This document shows, piece by piece, positions 25,690 to 38,683 of a DNA stretch of 64,000 nucleotides (its first letter is position 1; each line of letters begins with the position of its first letter). The notes under the pieces were generated by a model, which saw only the letters and a list, made by a program, of their open reading frames with translations, did no database searches and was not told the DNA's origin. Made by a program: the position numbers and the translations under genes. Location: positions 124,001-188,000 of the forward strand of contig NW_005434573.1 of assembly GCF_000315625.1 (NCBI RefSeq). Direction: 5' to 3'. The stretch is from Guillardia theta CCMP2712. Its lineage: Eukaryota > Protista > Cryptophyta.

Positions 25690-27380
25690 CATACAACCGA
25701 AGGAATGTGCGAAGGGGTTGGAAAGGCCACAGCCTGAACCAAACTTACAGCTGCCTCTGCTTGGCTTGTCTCGTGGAAAAACAAAGTGACCTCGAGGTCT
25801 CCCAGCTCGACGAGCAACTTGATCGGCAGTGAGTCTTTCACAGCGAGCAAGTTCCGAATCAGCCCTCGTTCAAGGCTGCTTCCAAGTTCCAAGTTTGATG
25901 CCGTGAAAAATTCTGCCAGTATCCAAGCGCTCGGACTTCAACCGTCGTGACCGTGTCCTTGGCACTGATGAGTCCGTTGTCAAACCCCGAGGCCTTACAG
26001 GATTGACCTTCAGCGAAGCTCAACAACAACCTGCGCTGGAATTTCTCTACTAAGATGAAAGCAGAGTGACAGAAGGAGATCTATCTCTCTTTATTCTCAC
26101 ATGTCTGTTTGTGTCTGGCACAAACAGACGTGGCTCATACACCAAAGGGGGAGATTGACCACCTAGTTCCGACGAGGATGATCCTTTCACAGCTTCGAAG
26201 AGGGCTGTTCTCTCCTTGGGAATTGACAATCTTTTCTCGTTAGATGTTGAACTTCCCGTCAGCCCTTCGAGAGGCAACTTTTCTCTCTCGCAGAGTAAAA
26301 CCCCCCGTCCTTTCATGCCAGCAGGCTGCTTCCAACGGGTTGTACTCCACAAGACCCGCCCTTCCTCTTCAGCATATGGGTTACTGACACCGGTACACGC
26401 TTCCTGCAACAAAGACCTCCAGAGGGGTCCTTTTCAGCAGATTGATTCACATTTGTGGGTAGAGTATCCTGGGTTATCCTCCAGGAGAAGTCAGTTTCGA
26501 GCACGAGTAAGAGACAGCCAACTGTCCTCTCTTTCCAGTAAACCTTTCTCTGACTCGGGCTCGGTTCCTATGAGCTCTCACACCTGTGAGCCTCGTCCCC
26601 CCCCCTTCCGCCGGCAAAGAGACCACAACCATACGGCCTGTTAGAGGAAGTGAAAGTCGAGGAGTAAAACTGACAAGCTCGATGAAGAAGTTGAGTGATG
26701 AAGGGTGAGAGGAGGGGAACTTGAGGGGTGGAGGTGCGGAATGATGGAAAGATGGACGAAGGGAAGGAGGAGCGAAGGAGGATGGTTGTATCTCTCTATG
26801 ACATCTCCTACTTTCCTCCAAGCCTCGGATCTTACTCAAATGAGTTGTCTGTGCATGAGCAGGTGAAGACTGTGAAAGTGAAGCAGGGAAGGAAAAGTGA
26901 GCGCGAGAACAAGCGTGCTCTCTCTTCAAGCTGCTCTGAGCTGCTTACGGCTCTGATAGCAAGCAAGCTTTGTTGGACTGTTACATGGCAGACAGGTGAC
27001 ACACGAGACAGAGCATGGAGAAGATGGGAAGGTAGGGAGGAAGGCAGACAGGCAGCAAACAGGGGTTGTGGAGACAGATACATACACAATGGAACATGTG
27101 ACAGATCCCTTGCTCAAGCAGTCCACACTGCTGGCATGTGGATCTGATCAGCATCGCTCTCACTGATATCAGCGACCTCAGTGCTTTACCAATTCAAGAC
27201 AAAGGTTGCCATAGCTGAGAAGATTCGCAAACAAAAGGTAACCACACATGGGCTACACCATTCCGGACACCATTGCTGTTCCGAAGTGAGCAAGCTTGTT
27301 TGACAAGGCCGATATGAGTCTTGCAGGAGGTCACAAGAGCGATCTTTCTGACGACTTGCGTCATAGTCAACCTCATCACT
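25690..27380 (-). CDS. Hypothetical multi-exon protein (approximate)
   Basis: Minus-strand coding-like exons, e.g. LELGSSLERGLIRNLLAVKDSLPIKLLVELGDLE, with short introns. Confidence 0.4.
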
Positions 27381-27424
27381 GGTAACTTTAAAAGGGTTTT
27401 ATAACATCATTTTTTTTTGGTCCC

Positions 27425-27712
27425 CGAATCCCTCCCTCGCCTCACCTCGCCTCTCCCCTTCCCTTTCCACCTCCCTCCCCTCCCTCCACCTCCCTCCACC
27501 TCCCTCCACCTCCCTCCACCTCCCTCCCCTCCCTCCCCTCCCTTCACCTGACCTCCCCTCCCTCCACCTGACCTCCCCTCCCTTCACCTCCCTCCACCTC
27601 CCTCCATCTGCCTCCACCTCCCTTCACCTCGACCCCCCTACCTCCACCTGACCTCCCCTCCCTCCACCTCGACCTCCCCTCCCTGCCCTCCCTCCCCTCC
27701 CCTCCCTCCCTC
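27425..27712. repeat. Polypyrimidine (CCCTCCACCT)n-type low-complexity tract
   Basis: Direct inspection. Confidence 0.85.
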
Positions 27713-28059
27713 TTCTCTCCCTCTTGCCTGCGTCTCTCTGGTTCGTCTTTTCTCTCGTAAAACCCCGACATTCTCTGCGTCAAGTTCGCCTGTCTGCCCT
27801 CAGAGCAGCAAGATCTCAGCCTTCTCAACCTTGTCTTCACCAGTGTGGAAAGCAACTAACAAAGACGCCGACATGAGAAGAAACAAACATGCGTGAGATC
27901 CTTGATTTATTCGTCAAGTTGTCGAGCACACTTTAATTTGTTTCAAACGTTTCATGTACAACAAGTTACAGAGTTCACTGTCATCACTGCCGGATCAGCC
28001 GGCTCAAAATATTCAACAACTAGATCGTTCACAATACATATGTACAATCACACCTCAAG

Positions 28060-29330
28060 AGCGCAGGCATCAGGGGACAGCAAGATGGTCCCTGCTCTTG
28101 GGGATCTGAAAGCTGAACTTGGGAGACGGAGGTTTGACGGATTGAGAGAGGACCTGACCAGCCACGTCATTTCCCTTTCCCTGTGCCCTCAACCTTCACG
28201 TACGTATTCATGTGTGGGCCTCCCGTTCCCCATCAACCGCTGTGCCGTTCCGTTTCCATTCCAACAACCGCCTGACTGCTCCTGCTCATATCAGTGAGCG
28301 ATGACCTTGCAACATGTGTTTGTGCAGCAGATACCCCAGCTATCGTCGAGGGCTTCGGGGCTGCAGGGGCCGATGAGGCTTGGGGCTTCATGGACGCCAT
28401 ACCAGCGAGAATGCTCGAGCTTGAGCCTTTCAAGACATTTTTGAAAAAGGGAGTGCTGGGAGCCTCGGCTGAAGGCTTGGACTGACAATGAGTGAGCGAA
28501 ATGAAGGCAGAAGCAGGGTGTCACCTTGGGGGGGCTCTTATCCTGGAATGGCATTAAGCTGGAAAACATCTCGCGCGAGAAACCACCAGCAGACGGGTGT
28601 CTGTTGTGAGAGGGGTTCGACGGCATGCTTCGCTTCTTCTGCTCTGCCGCCTTGTTTTGATGCTGAGCTTGCTGAACCACCTCAGCAAAACCTTTGGGTT
28701 TTTGAAAAAGATTGTTCACAAGCTTGTCTCCATTCGCCTGAATATCGGCCGCAGGAGAAGCAAGAAAGTTATTCACTGGGTTCAGAACATGCGCACTGTT
28801 AGCCCTTTGACCCAGCAAACTGCTCAAGTCCAGCTGACTCCTTCGTTCCTGTGATGTTTGTTCAACACTTTGAGCAGCCAACTTCTGTGAGCCAGCTAAA
28901 AGCGAGATGAACGATTTCAAGTCTGTACCATTGACTCCTGCTAGGTGCATCAAAGACTTTTCAAGCAACCCAACGTCATCTGAAGCTTTTCTGGATTTTT
29001 GCTCTTGATTCATCTGCGAAGGAGTAAACCCAATAGAAAACAACTTTGTCAACGCACATTGCAAAGATTGTTGATCGAAGCACTTCGCTGGGTAGCTTCG
29101 TGCCTGGAAGAAGGATGCGAGAAGAGAGACGAAAGAGGGTGCTGCATTCCCTCTGCGCCGCGCTTTAAGTCCATAGGATGGTGATGGGTGACTCCACGAG
29201 AAAACAGACCCGAAGCACCAGATGACTGAGCATTCAAGCCACAAGGGCTAGCAAGCATTGAGGGATTCGAGAAGTTCTTCAACAGAGGCACCCTACGATA
29301 GCGAAGAACAGGGGCTAGCTGCTCGGCCAC
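28060..29330 (-). CDS. Hypothetical protein (Ser/Gln/Asn-rich), multi-exon, approximate
   Basis: Long minus-strand ORF 28291-29244 with apparent introns. No domain recognised. Confidence 0.45.
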
Positions 29331-29479
29331 GAGTCAACGGTCGACATCAACGACACTGCATAATCTCCTACCTTATGATTTTCAGGCCAAAGAAGATGCT
29401 TGATCGCATAAAGCGTTTTATCACTAGACAGAACTATTCCCCTGCAAGCTATTTGCACCTCAGAGACCTGTAGAACAAC

Positions 29480-31000
29480 AACATCAACACTTCAAGGTCA
29501 TCCTGTTGACAAATTCACATTCACGTCAGCGCTAGGTAGAAGTTTGCTGATGAGGAATCTTTTGAGGTGCAAGACTGTTGCTTCGGGGGGAGTCGACAGA
29601 TTTGAGCGCTAGAGACAGCAAAAATCATCACAAAAGTTGCCGAAAGCGAACGAAAAAAAAGTTGTTTCCAGCCTAACCTGGAGTTTACCCATGTACGTGG
29701 GATCCAACTCTTGCTTTTCTATTCCTCGCCTAAGATCTTCGGCTGGACAGAGCACAAAAGAAATCGGAGCATCAGGGTCCTTCCATTCGTTCTTCTTCAT
29801 GCCCTAGGACAACATTGGTTCTTCGAATTGAACAAGGACCGCCAATACCTTTTCTGCAATCTCAAGAGTCCTCTTGAATCTTGCTTCCCTTGCAGCTTTC
29901 AGCTTCTTAAGGAAGCGATCCATTTTCTGTCGTTTGATTTCTACATTACGAGCTGCTGAGTCCTATCATGAAGTCACGGCAACGATGGTCGATTTCAATC
30001 TTTTCACCTCTACACCATGAACCTTCTCTTGTGTGTCATCTTGAGGCTAATGCGCAATATCAAACAAAGCCACCAGGTCAGGAAAAAATGCACTATCACC
30101 TGTTTGCCACCTTCTCCGTCTTCCAAGTGCTCTGCATCCATGTCTTGCCTAACATCGTCTTCATGCGTTTCAAGCTGACCGGTGTCTTCGATCGTCTCGT
30201 CATATTCTGCTTCACCCATGGAGGACGCTTTTCGCTTCTGCTTATTTGAGAGCTTCTTTTCAGCAGGCTTACTGTTCCTACGGGCACCAGAATGATCATT
30301 TTCTGCGAACTTCCTTGCAGCAGAATGTGCTTCAGGTGCAGACTGTGCAACTTTCTTCAACTTTTTGATTGCACTTTTTCCTGCTTGAGCTTTGCTAGCC
30401 TTAGAGATCTTGCCATTCTTTGACACTGCCAGCGTTTTCCCCGCACGCGCCGCTTTTGTCGCCTTCCTCGCTTTGGATCCAGAATCGCTCAGTGCCCCAG
30501 TGTATGCTATGCACGACAAATGAGCAAATGGAATCGCTCTACCACTCGAAAATCGCCTCACCTCTAAACGACCATTGCTGCTGGAGCTTCCAGGCCAGTA
30601 TATGATCACGCGCGGCAAGACAACTCTGTCTCTGAACTCGCCCAGACTTGCTTATCGTGTTGGACGAGTTGACATCACTGATGTCAAACAATGTTAGAGC
30701 CATATCATAATGAAGCTTCTATATGCTTTCGCGTTACGATATCAGCTTGCAAAATCCATCTGATGCAGGATACATAAACATTTGGTCATGCGCACCTTGA
30801 ATTCGCTGCATCTTTGGCTTCTTCGTGGCCAGGGTGGTCTACTGTTAACCGCGGTTCAGAGCGGGTACATTTCTTGCAAGGGAGACGATACCATCCATTT
30901 TCTCAGTTGCAGCAACCATCACGATCGAATAAAACCCATACGCATAACAGCCCTCGCTCCTTCACAATCCTCGGTCGCTGATGGCAGGGTCAGTTGCTTT
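29480..31000 (-). CDS. Hypothetical Lys/Ala-rich, probably nuclear protein, multi-exon, approximate
   Basis: ORF 30010-30618 has basic and acidic tracts. Downstream exons include DPDAPISFVLCPAEDLRRG. Confidence 0.45.
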
Positions 31001-31559
31001 TTGTGAAAGGTCAACCGAGCTTCATCATGGCATGAGCCAAAAACTAACAGACCCCCAACCCAACTTGCTCAAATCATGGATGTATACATTATTCAGCATT
31101 TGCAAAGAGAATCGCTTGTGCATGAGCTAACAATCTTCTGACATGGATCATGTCATTCATCTTTACTACACCATTTCGCATATTTCCACCTCGAAAGCAC
31201 ACCGGAGCAAAAACCAAAGCATATGCATCAAACAACAATTAAAACATGGCAATGTTGAACAATCTCAATAGTTTCTGATAAAATAAGCACTGCGACAGGT
31301 TGTAGAGCAACGAGACCAATCAACATTGAATGTTGACTTCTGCAACAAACTCTTCTTCCATGCTTGCATGTTTGCACAGAGAAGGAATGTGTTGTGCAAA
31401 GTCACACAAGACAAGAATGAAATCTATCACAGAGCATCGTTAGAAGCACATTCCATGCAAAAATTCATCAGTGACTCATCTTCTAACCCCCTTCCCCCTC
31501 CTCTTCGCCTTATTCCAGCCATCCCTGTCCGCTCCTCTCTCGCGCTCCTCCGCGGCCAC

Positions 31560-32640
31560 ACGAGGGGCTACCCCCCACCCTCACCCCCACCCCCTCACCT
31601 TCTGAACACTACCCCACATTCATATGCATGATGACCCCTCGGTAGTCACACTTTCGCCCCTATCGTACCCACCCCTGCAGCTGTCAAATGCAGGGTGGTA
31701 ATCGGGGTACAAAAACGTACAAAGGTTGGAGCCCTGGATAATCAAACCACCCCTTGTCTATCCTTTACCACCCCACCCCCTCAAGGACCTGGAGGACTTC
31801 TAAAACTCAAACTCATCGAAAATTGAAAATAGTTTTACGTATAGAATAATTTTAAAATGGAGGGGTGGGTATTAATATTTTAGTTACTAATGGAATATCG
31901 ACAAATGCGATACAAACTACAATGGATTTGAGGATTCGTTGATACTTCAAATGTTTCCATAAATATTTCAAGTTAACAGTCATGTATTCACCCGTTTTTC
32001 AAATGGAAGGCTTCTTCAGCTCGGCATGATCCGAGGCGGGCTGATCGCGCATCCATCGGCATCCACAAACCTCTCTATACCCCCTTTCCCATACCCACCC
32101 CACCCCCTCCATGTGCATCATTCAACTTCAGATACACTCCAGCCCCTCGAACCACCCCCACCCTCACCCACTACTCTTTCACCCTCCAAGCACCCCCGCT
32201 CCGATCTGAGCCTCGTGCGCCACTCCAGTACTATCTGTGGGCTTCGAGATTTTTTTTTGTTTTTTCAATTTTTTTTCTCCTCTGCAGCCGCGACCCTTCC
32301 ACTTAAAAAAAAACTTTTTTCAACCCCTACCCTTAAGATCTCCCTGCAGATTGATACACCGGATCCCACCCCCCTATCTTAACCTTACTAGCAGGGGTGG
32401 TAATTATGACCCCCACCCCACGGACTTCAAGGTTAAACGCCAGTTGTCGTGTATCTCGTGATGCTTTCTGATAGAGAGGGTTCAGACCCCATGAAAATAA
32501 GTCAAATAATAGGATGGGAAGTGGGAATGGGGTAGGAGAGCCTGATGTGGAATAGGCCTGTGACCTTTTCAGCAGTACCATAATAATTATTCAACTTCAA
32601 AATTGTGGGGTACGGGGTGATACCCTTGTGGCTCCCTGGC
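31560..32640. promoter_or_regulatory. Type B TACCC/GGGTA-rich block with AT-rich core
   Basis: Word enrichment. Lies 5' of the minus-strand hypothetical gene. Confidence 0.35.
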
Positions 32641-33336
32641 AGAGGAAAGGGGGGAAGAAGACGAACAGAAGCGCCGGGGCAGCAACAGAGCAGGAGAAGC
32701 GAGGGGGGGGAGGGGGGCTGTCCATGGGAAGGCATGAAATCAGCGGCATGCAGGATCATGATGAAATTTCTCATTGATCAACGATCATGAACTGCTCGAT
32801 AGGGTGCGGGTGTGTGTTGAGCACAAGAAGGAGCACGAAGATGGAAGAGATGGGAAACGGCTGGTTGAGATACATCGCTTTCACCATGGACAGGCTGTAG
32901 AGAGCAAGAGAGTGAAAGGTATATTTGAGTGCACTTCATGTGAGACCCAGTTAGAAATACCAAACATGCATAGAAGAACATCAGCATAGTTGGAAGATGT
33001 ATCATGATTGTGAAGAAACATGGCAGGTAATCAGTCGTAAAAGAATAGCATGAGAGTCTCATAAGATAAAGATGTGTATTAAGAGGATATCAAGCCGGAA
33101 TTCATTGCAGCAACAAAAGAATAGTTGACGAGGGTCATTGTTTGGACATGATTTTACCTACATATCTCATTTTATCGAGGTTGTGACCCGAGGTGTCCAG
33201 GCAGGCTCAAGAGTCAAATCGCAGATCAGGCAGGAGGAGGTTTCTTTGGGAATGTGTCGATGAGAGAACGAAGAATTTCGTTCTTCATTTATTCGAGACA
33301 TACAAGATGTTTAGGACAGGGTATCACATTGAATTT

Positions 33337-36300
33337 TCACAATCGCTTCCAGGGCTCATCTAATTGATCTGCAACATCACGCAAAGTTAACGACTGAATA
33401 CACGAATTGCTTGCAAAGGCTCCCACCTCCGAGTCATTCGATATGCTGTTCGACGAGTACTTCTGAGCTGTTATGCCAACGTCCATCTCGATCCCCATCG
33501 TGCGCAAAACTTCGATGTCCTTGTCGTTCTTGAGGGCTTTTATGACTCCCTGACTCCATCAGTCAGCAATGTTCATAGTAGATGAGGACAGGCGTTGCCT
33601 GAATCCTGGATTCGTTTGAGAACCCCTTCAAGGTACTCATGATCTGGAAGCATTTGCCAGTCTTCTTCCTCACATTCGCCACCTGCCCTTACATGAGTGT
33701 GTGCGATGCAAACTTGAACAGCATCACACGTACCTTGTCCTCAGCGAGAGGCATCAAATGATTCAAGAAATCATTTTCAAATGTCTGCAGGAGTTGCAGC
33801 TCTGTCAAGGGCTACTGCACCTGCAAGCATGAGCCTTACCTTGACTTTCAAAGCTGCCGAAGAAAGGAGCACCCCGCACATCTGAGCGAACATGAGCCGA
33901 TGCTGGAAGGATCGGTCGGTCGCAAGGTCGTGCAGCTCTTCCATAAACTCGTCTGATCCAAACATGAGCATTCTCACTCGCAGCCAACAATGTCTTGACA
34001 GACCTCGCCAATCCACCTTGAGCTCATCGATGCGGTCCAATATTGCATCGATCTGGTTGCAAGATGCGTTTCGGACCTGAGCCTAGTCACAAGATGTCTA
34101 CCAGCATTCAAGCCCGCAACCTCTGCCACAGGGTCCCGACAGAGCTTCATGAACATCGGATAAAGCTCGTTCTTTCCATCAAGGTCAGCAAGGCAAGGAT
34201 CAAAGGTTTGAAGTACACCTTAACAATTTCTTCTTCGTACAGTTTGAAAAGTTCCCCTAGTTGCTGCGCAAGCAGAAGTCGAAACCTCCAGCTTTCCAAC
34301 AAACATCAGGTGGCCATGAACAAACTCGGAATCAAAATACTTGTAGGTCTCCATCTCTATATTGCAGAGCACAGAAACGTACTTCTCTCGCATGCTTGGA
34401 TCGAGCACTCTGAAAAACTTTGCAAGATTCTTGTAGGAAGGGTTACGACCAACATCTGATACCAACAATGAAACCAACCTGAAGCACACCAACTTTGACT
34501 TCATCGAGGTCCTTCGACACCAACATTAGTCGAATTGCAAAACACACGCATCAATTTTCAAGCACCTGCAGGAAAGTATCCAATGCTGGCAGCAAAGATT
34601 CTTGCGTCAGTTCCGGGCCCAGAATCAGCGCTATCTCGTGAATGCTATATGATAGCGTCCGGCGAACTTTCCATTGAATGTCATTGATGAGCTCATGGTA
34701 GGCCTTCACCCAAGATACAAAATCAGCACAGCCTGATACTCGCTCTCGTTCCACACCTCTTGTAGGTGAACCCAATTCTCTCTGCCGACTGTCATGACAA
34801 CAGCAGGAAAGTTGTATGCACTTTCACACAGTCAAAAATCATGGAGAATAGCAGATAGATTTTGGCACCAGAAGGTTGGCAGATCGTGATCAGCCGTAAC
34901 TGATTGTCCCTTTCCAGTTGCCATCGATGAATAATACTGATACAAAGCGTATCAGCGAACGATAAGAATTGGTAGGGTAGGATGACATGTTAGCTGTCAC
35001 AAATCACATCATTACCTGCAGCAACTTTGGCGTCACTTCTTCAGTTGAGAGTGTGGCAATGAGAGGACCCAAGTGCTGAAATGCAGCATTGCGAACCTGT
35101 TAATTTCGGTAAGCATATTTTGAATTAAAAAACCAAGATCCAGATCCTACCCATCTTGATACATCAGTCGCAAGCTTGTCAAAGAGCGGCAAGATATGCT
35201 TTCCCCTCATTTCGCCTGCTAGCAAGTCAACTCAGAGATAAAATGAGACGGGTCAGGACTTGTTATTGATGCAGCCATGTCAGCAAGACTATCTGCACAA
35301 GCCTTTCTGACTCCCCATATCTCATCATCGGCCAATTTGAGATAAACAGGCAAAAGAACCTGGTCTCATACATTCAAAGGTCTGATCAGCAACGACATCT
35401 CAAAAGCTTTACATCAACGGCATATTCTCTGCTGCCCCACCGACTGACTTTCCCAATGTACAAAGCAGCGGCTTTCCGAACTCGGAACATTGAGTCCTCA
35501 GCTAGATTGATGACCTTTATGAAGGCAAGCTTCAGATCAATGGGTCAACTAGCATTGAGCAACCTTCGGCCCAACTGAGCTTTTGACCGTCGCATGGCCA
35601 AGTTTGAACGAGATCTCTGTGTTCAATTCGAGTTACTCGCCTCGCACAAGACGGCCAGTCTCGCATACCCCCTAGCAGCTTCATTCCCGTGATTCGATCG
35701 TCTTCCGACTCTTGCTGGAGAAGCAATCAGGACGAATCATGTCTCCCAAGAGCAACCAAGTACCTCAACCAGCCCTAGGATGCTATCTAGCATAATGCTT
35801 TTCACCAAGTCTTCGGGAATCAACGATATGTACTCAATGACCCCGTCCTCGGCGACCGCCCTGACCTGCCACCATCCGAGTCTCATCAAGGAAGGCAAAC
35901 AAGGGGCAAGGGAAAACTTTACCTGCTGATCCTGATCGATGATGAGCGGGAACGAAACAGACCAGATGCACTCCACGAACTGCTCTACATCGGTCAAGTT
36001 CTCCTTCTCCATGACATTCTTGACGATCGAGGCAAGGTTGGAAGCCAGCGCATCTCGAACGCTGCTCTCGCCATCGTTGAGAATAGCTTGCAACGGCTGC
36101 AAGATAAGTTGCACAACGTCCTGCAATCGCTCGATCAGAGCGTGTGAAGCTTGCTGCGATGATACCGTGATATCAAGGCTGTTAACGAGGTCCGGCAGCC
36201 CCCGGACACACACGAGTCTTCGCAATGGATGTTGACTGGTTACAAAGTTTTGAAACCTCTCCAAATCCGTCCATTCCTCATCGTCAACTTCATCTTCCTC

Positions 36301-37021
36301 TGCAGCTTTCGCCGCTTTATCGTCAACGGTCACGAAGCCCTGGACTTCGGTTCAAAAAACCCTGATTTCTGAAGTCATCATAGTACCTCAGTTTCCATGT
36401 CCACTCTTCTACGGTCCAGGAGCTAACAGAGAAGGCATATGCAGATGATCGTCTCCACACAAGTTCTTGCCGTGCTGAAAAAAAAAAAGGCCTCAGCGAA
36501 CAAAACAAAACATCGAGGTATGCGAGATCATCACAAAGAAGCATCAGAGTCCGATAGAGATCAATTATTGAAGTGCCAGACATCCAACGATGGATTTGCG
36601 CAGGTCCTTGAGTTTGATGCAACACAACAAGTGACATCCAAGTATGCTTCCAGGTTTCCTCGTTTCACAGCGAACAAGGTGTCAGGATCTTAGCTCGCAG
36701 GGAAGTGCACGAAAAGATGAACATTGGGAACTTAGAAGCGTCCTGTCCAACTCATTGGCATGTGCCAAGATGGATCTCAGACACGCACAGACAATCGGGC
36801 ACGTCACAGTTGTTGGGTCGGTCATTCCGAAGCACATGGAATGAATTGCAGGAACGTTGAGATCATGGTATGCAGGGATAGCAAGCATGACTATGGAAGA
36901 GGAGAAGAGGAGGAGGAGAGGGATCTCTTGGTAGTCTAGTCTGAGTCCAAGTTCGAAGTGTAAGATCCTCAGGCACCGCCGCGCATCTCCTTCTCCCTCA
37001 TCTGCCCCCGTCCTAGCCATG
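33337..37021 (-). CDS. PPP4R1: Serine/threonine-protein phosphatase 4 regulatory subunit 1 (HEAT repeats); 5' end uncertain
   Basis: EDSMFRVRKAAA, LADDEIWGVRKACADSL, LATDVSRWVRNAAFQHLGPLIATL, AYNFPAVVMTVGRENW, NDIQWKVRRTLSYSIHEIALILGPELT, LAEDKVANVR. Confidence 0.85.
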
Positions 37022-37039
37022 TCGAGAGGAATGGCGGGA

Positions 37040-37440
37040 AGTGGGTGGGGTACCCCTGCTCTTCTGCCTGACGATTTCCAATAAATGGGGTAGTGAAACA
37101 CAACGGACATGGGATAGGTGGGGTAGTGAAACAGTGGACCTGGTGGGTCCTCATAGTTTGAAGGGGTACTTAAATATATTTGGCGGAGGATAGGAGATAG
37201 GGTAGTATGGGCTCTGTTCAAATTGACGGGGTGGGTCATTTCATCGAGCATTCATGCACAGGGGGTACATTGGATGGGGTGGTGGGGGTACATGTCACTC
37301 GGGGTACTGAGTGGTGGGTAGTACCCCGATGCCAATATTCAAAATACCAGTACCGGGTGGAGTTTCATCGGGTGAAAGGGTGGGTAATCAATCGGAGGGG
37401 GTACGGGTAATCAGTTTGAAACTTGACCATGTACCAGGGA
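37040..37440. promoter_or_regulatory. Type B GGGTA-rich block 5' of PP4R1
   Basis: Very dense GGGGTA/GGGTGG/GTACC words. Confidence 0.45.
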
Positions 37441-37497
37441 CTTTTAAGAGGAAATTTTCGATCAAATTTTGGTTGGTCGCCTGAAATTAACCGGCGC

Positions 37498-37597
37498 NNN
37501 NNNNNNNNNNNNNNNNNNNNNNNNNNNNNNNNNNNNNNNNNNNNNNNNNNNNNNNNNNNNNNNNNNNNNNNNNNNNNNNNNNNNNNNNNNNNNNNNN
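37498..37597. other. Assembly gap (100 N) inside a type A GC-rich block
   Basis: Run of N. Confidence 1.
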
Positions 37598-38683
37598 CCG
37601 GCCGCGCACGCCGAACCATCTGTCCGAACCGTTCGGGAATTGCCGGCAGCCGTCGTGACCGTGACTCGTGAAGTTGAAGACCTCGGATCATCTGATCATG
37701 GCACATAGCGTTTCCGTTCCGTACCCTTTTCGGATCAGTTAACCAGGGTGGTTCTCGTAGTAGTTTTAGTCAAATTCAAGCGGCAAGAGAAAATTGACCA
37801 AAAATGTTGGCTCCGTCAATTTATGTACCTTTTTCGTTGCCAGGGCTGCCGGCCCATCCAAGACGAGAAGGGCAATGTTGAGCAAAACCTTCCTCTATTT
37901 GATATGAATAGGCGTGTATAGTTGACTAAATAATCATGAGGAGGCTCGGGGTAGGTATTCAAATGATTTGAATCTTTCCAACGGCCTCCAGCCCGTGTTG
38001 AGGGGTAGGGGGTAGTGCAAACTTCTCGTACAAATCTAAAACACTTGTAGACGACCTCACACTTGCCTCGTCTCTTCCCTATCCCACTACTCCCAATGTA
38101 CTCAGGGACTGTTTGATCAGCTGCTGAGCGCAGTCAAGGACCATGGCCCCTCAATGCTAACTTCTGAAAGTGCAAGGCAAGTACTGAGATCAAACAGCTC
38201 AATTCTTGGCTGAGAATCACACCTATAGTAGGTTGAATGTGTAAGGTATGCATCGAAATTTGCACTTGCGTACCAAAGCACTCATCAGCTATAGGTCATG
38301 GTTGATCACTTCCAGAAGAAGGGAAACATGAAGGGAACCGATCAGAGAAGCAACCTTCGAAGATATAAAGGAAATTCGATTCTCCTTGTTGTGTTGACGC
38401 CCTAGCTTCCTTTACCTGAAGGCTTCGTCGGTTGAATATGAAACATATTTCAAGAGACTTCCTGTTGCTTTGCCATGATTGCGGTTTGAGAGGCTGGGGG
38501 AAGGAGAGGGGAGGGGTTGGAAGGGAAATGGACGCCTGGGAGGCCAGGCTAGTTGATATGCCTGATCGATGCGAGAGGAGATGCCGGAGGAGAGACTGTT
38601 TACTCAAGACCACTAGCGAGGAAGGCAGGAGGGCGAGGAGGACAAGAGAGGAGAGGAAGGAGAAAGCTACGGGTAGAGACGGT

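Noticed and set aside
31819-31826. AAAATTGA giant-virus early promoter motif (also ~37790)
   Set aside because: Isolated 8-mers in AT-rich patches with no viral genes nearby.
37365-37708. ORFs spanning the N run
   Set aside because: Artefacts of the assembly gap.
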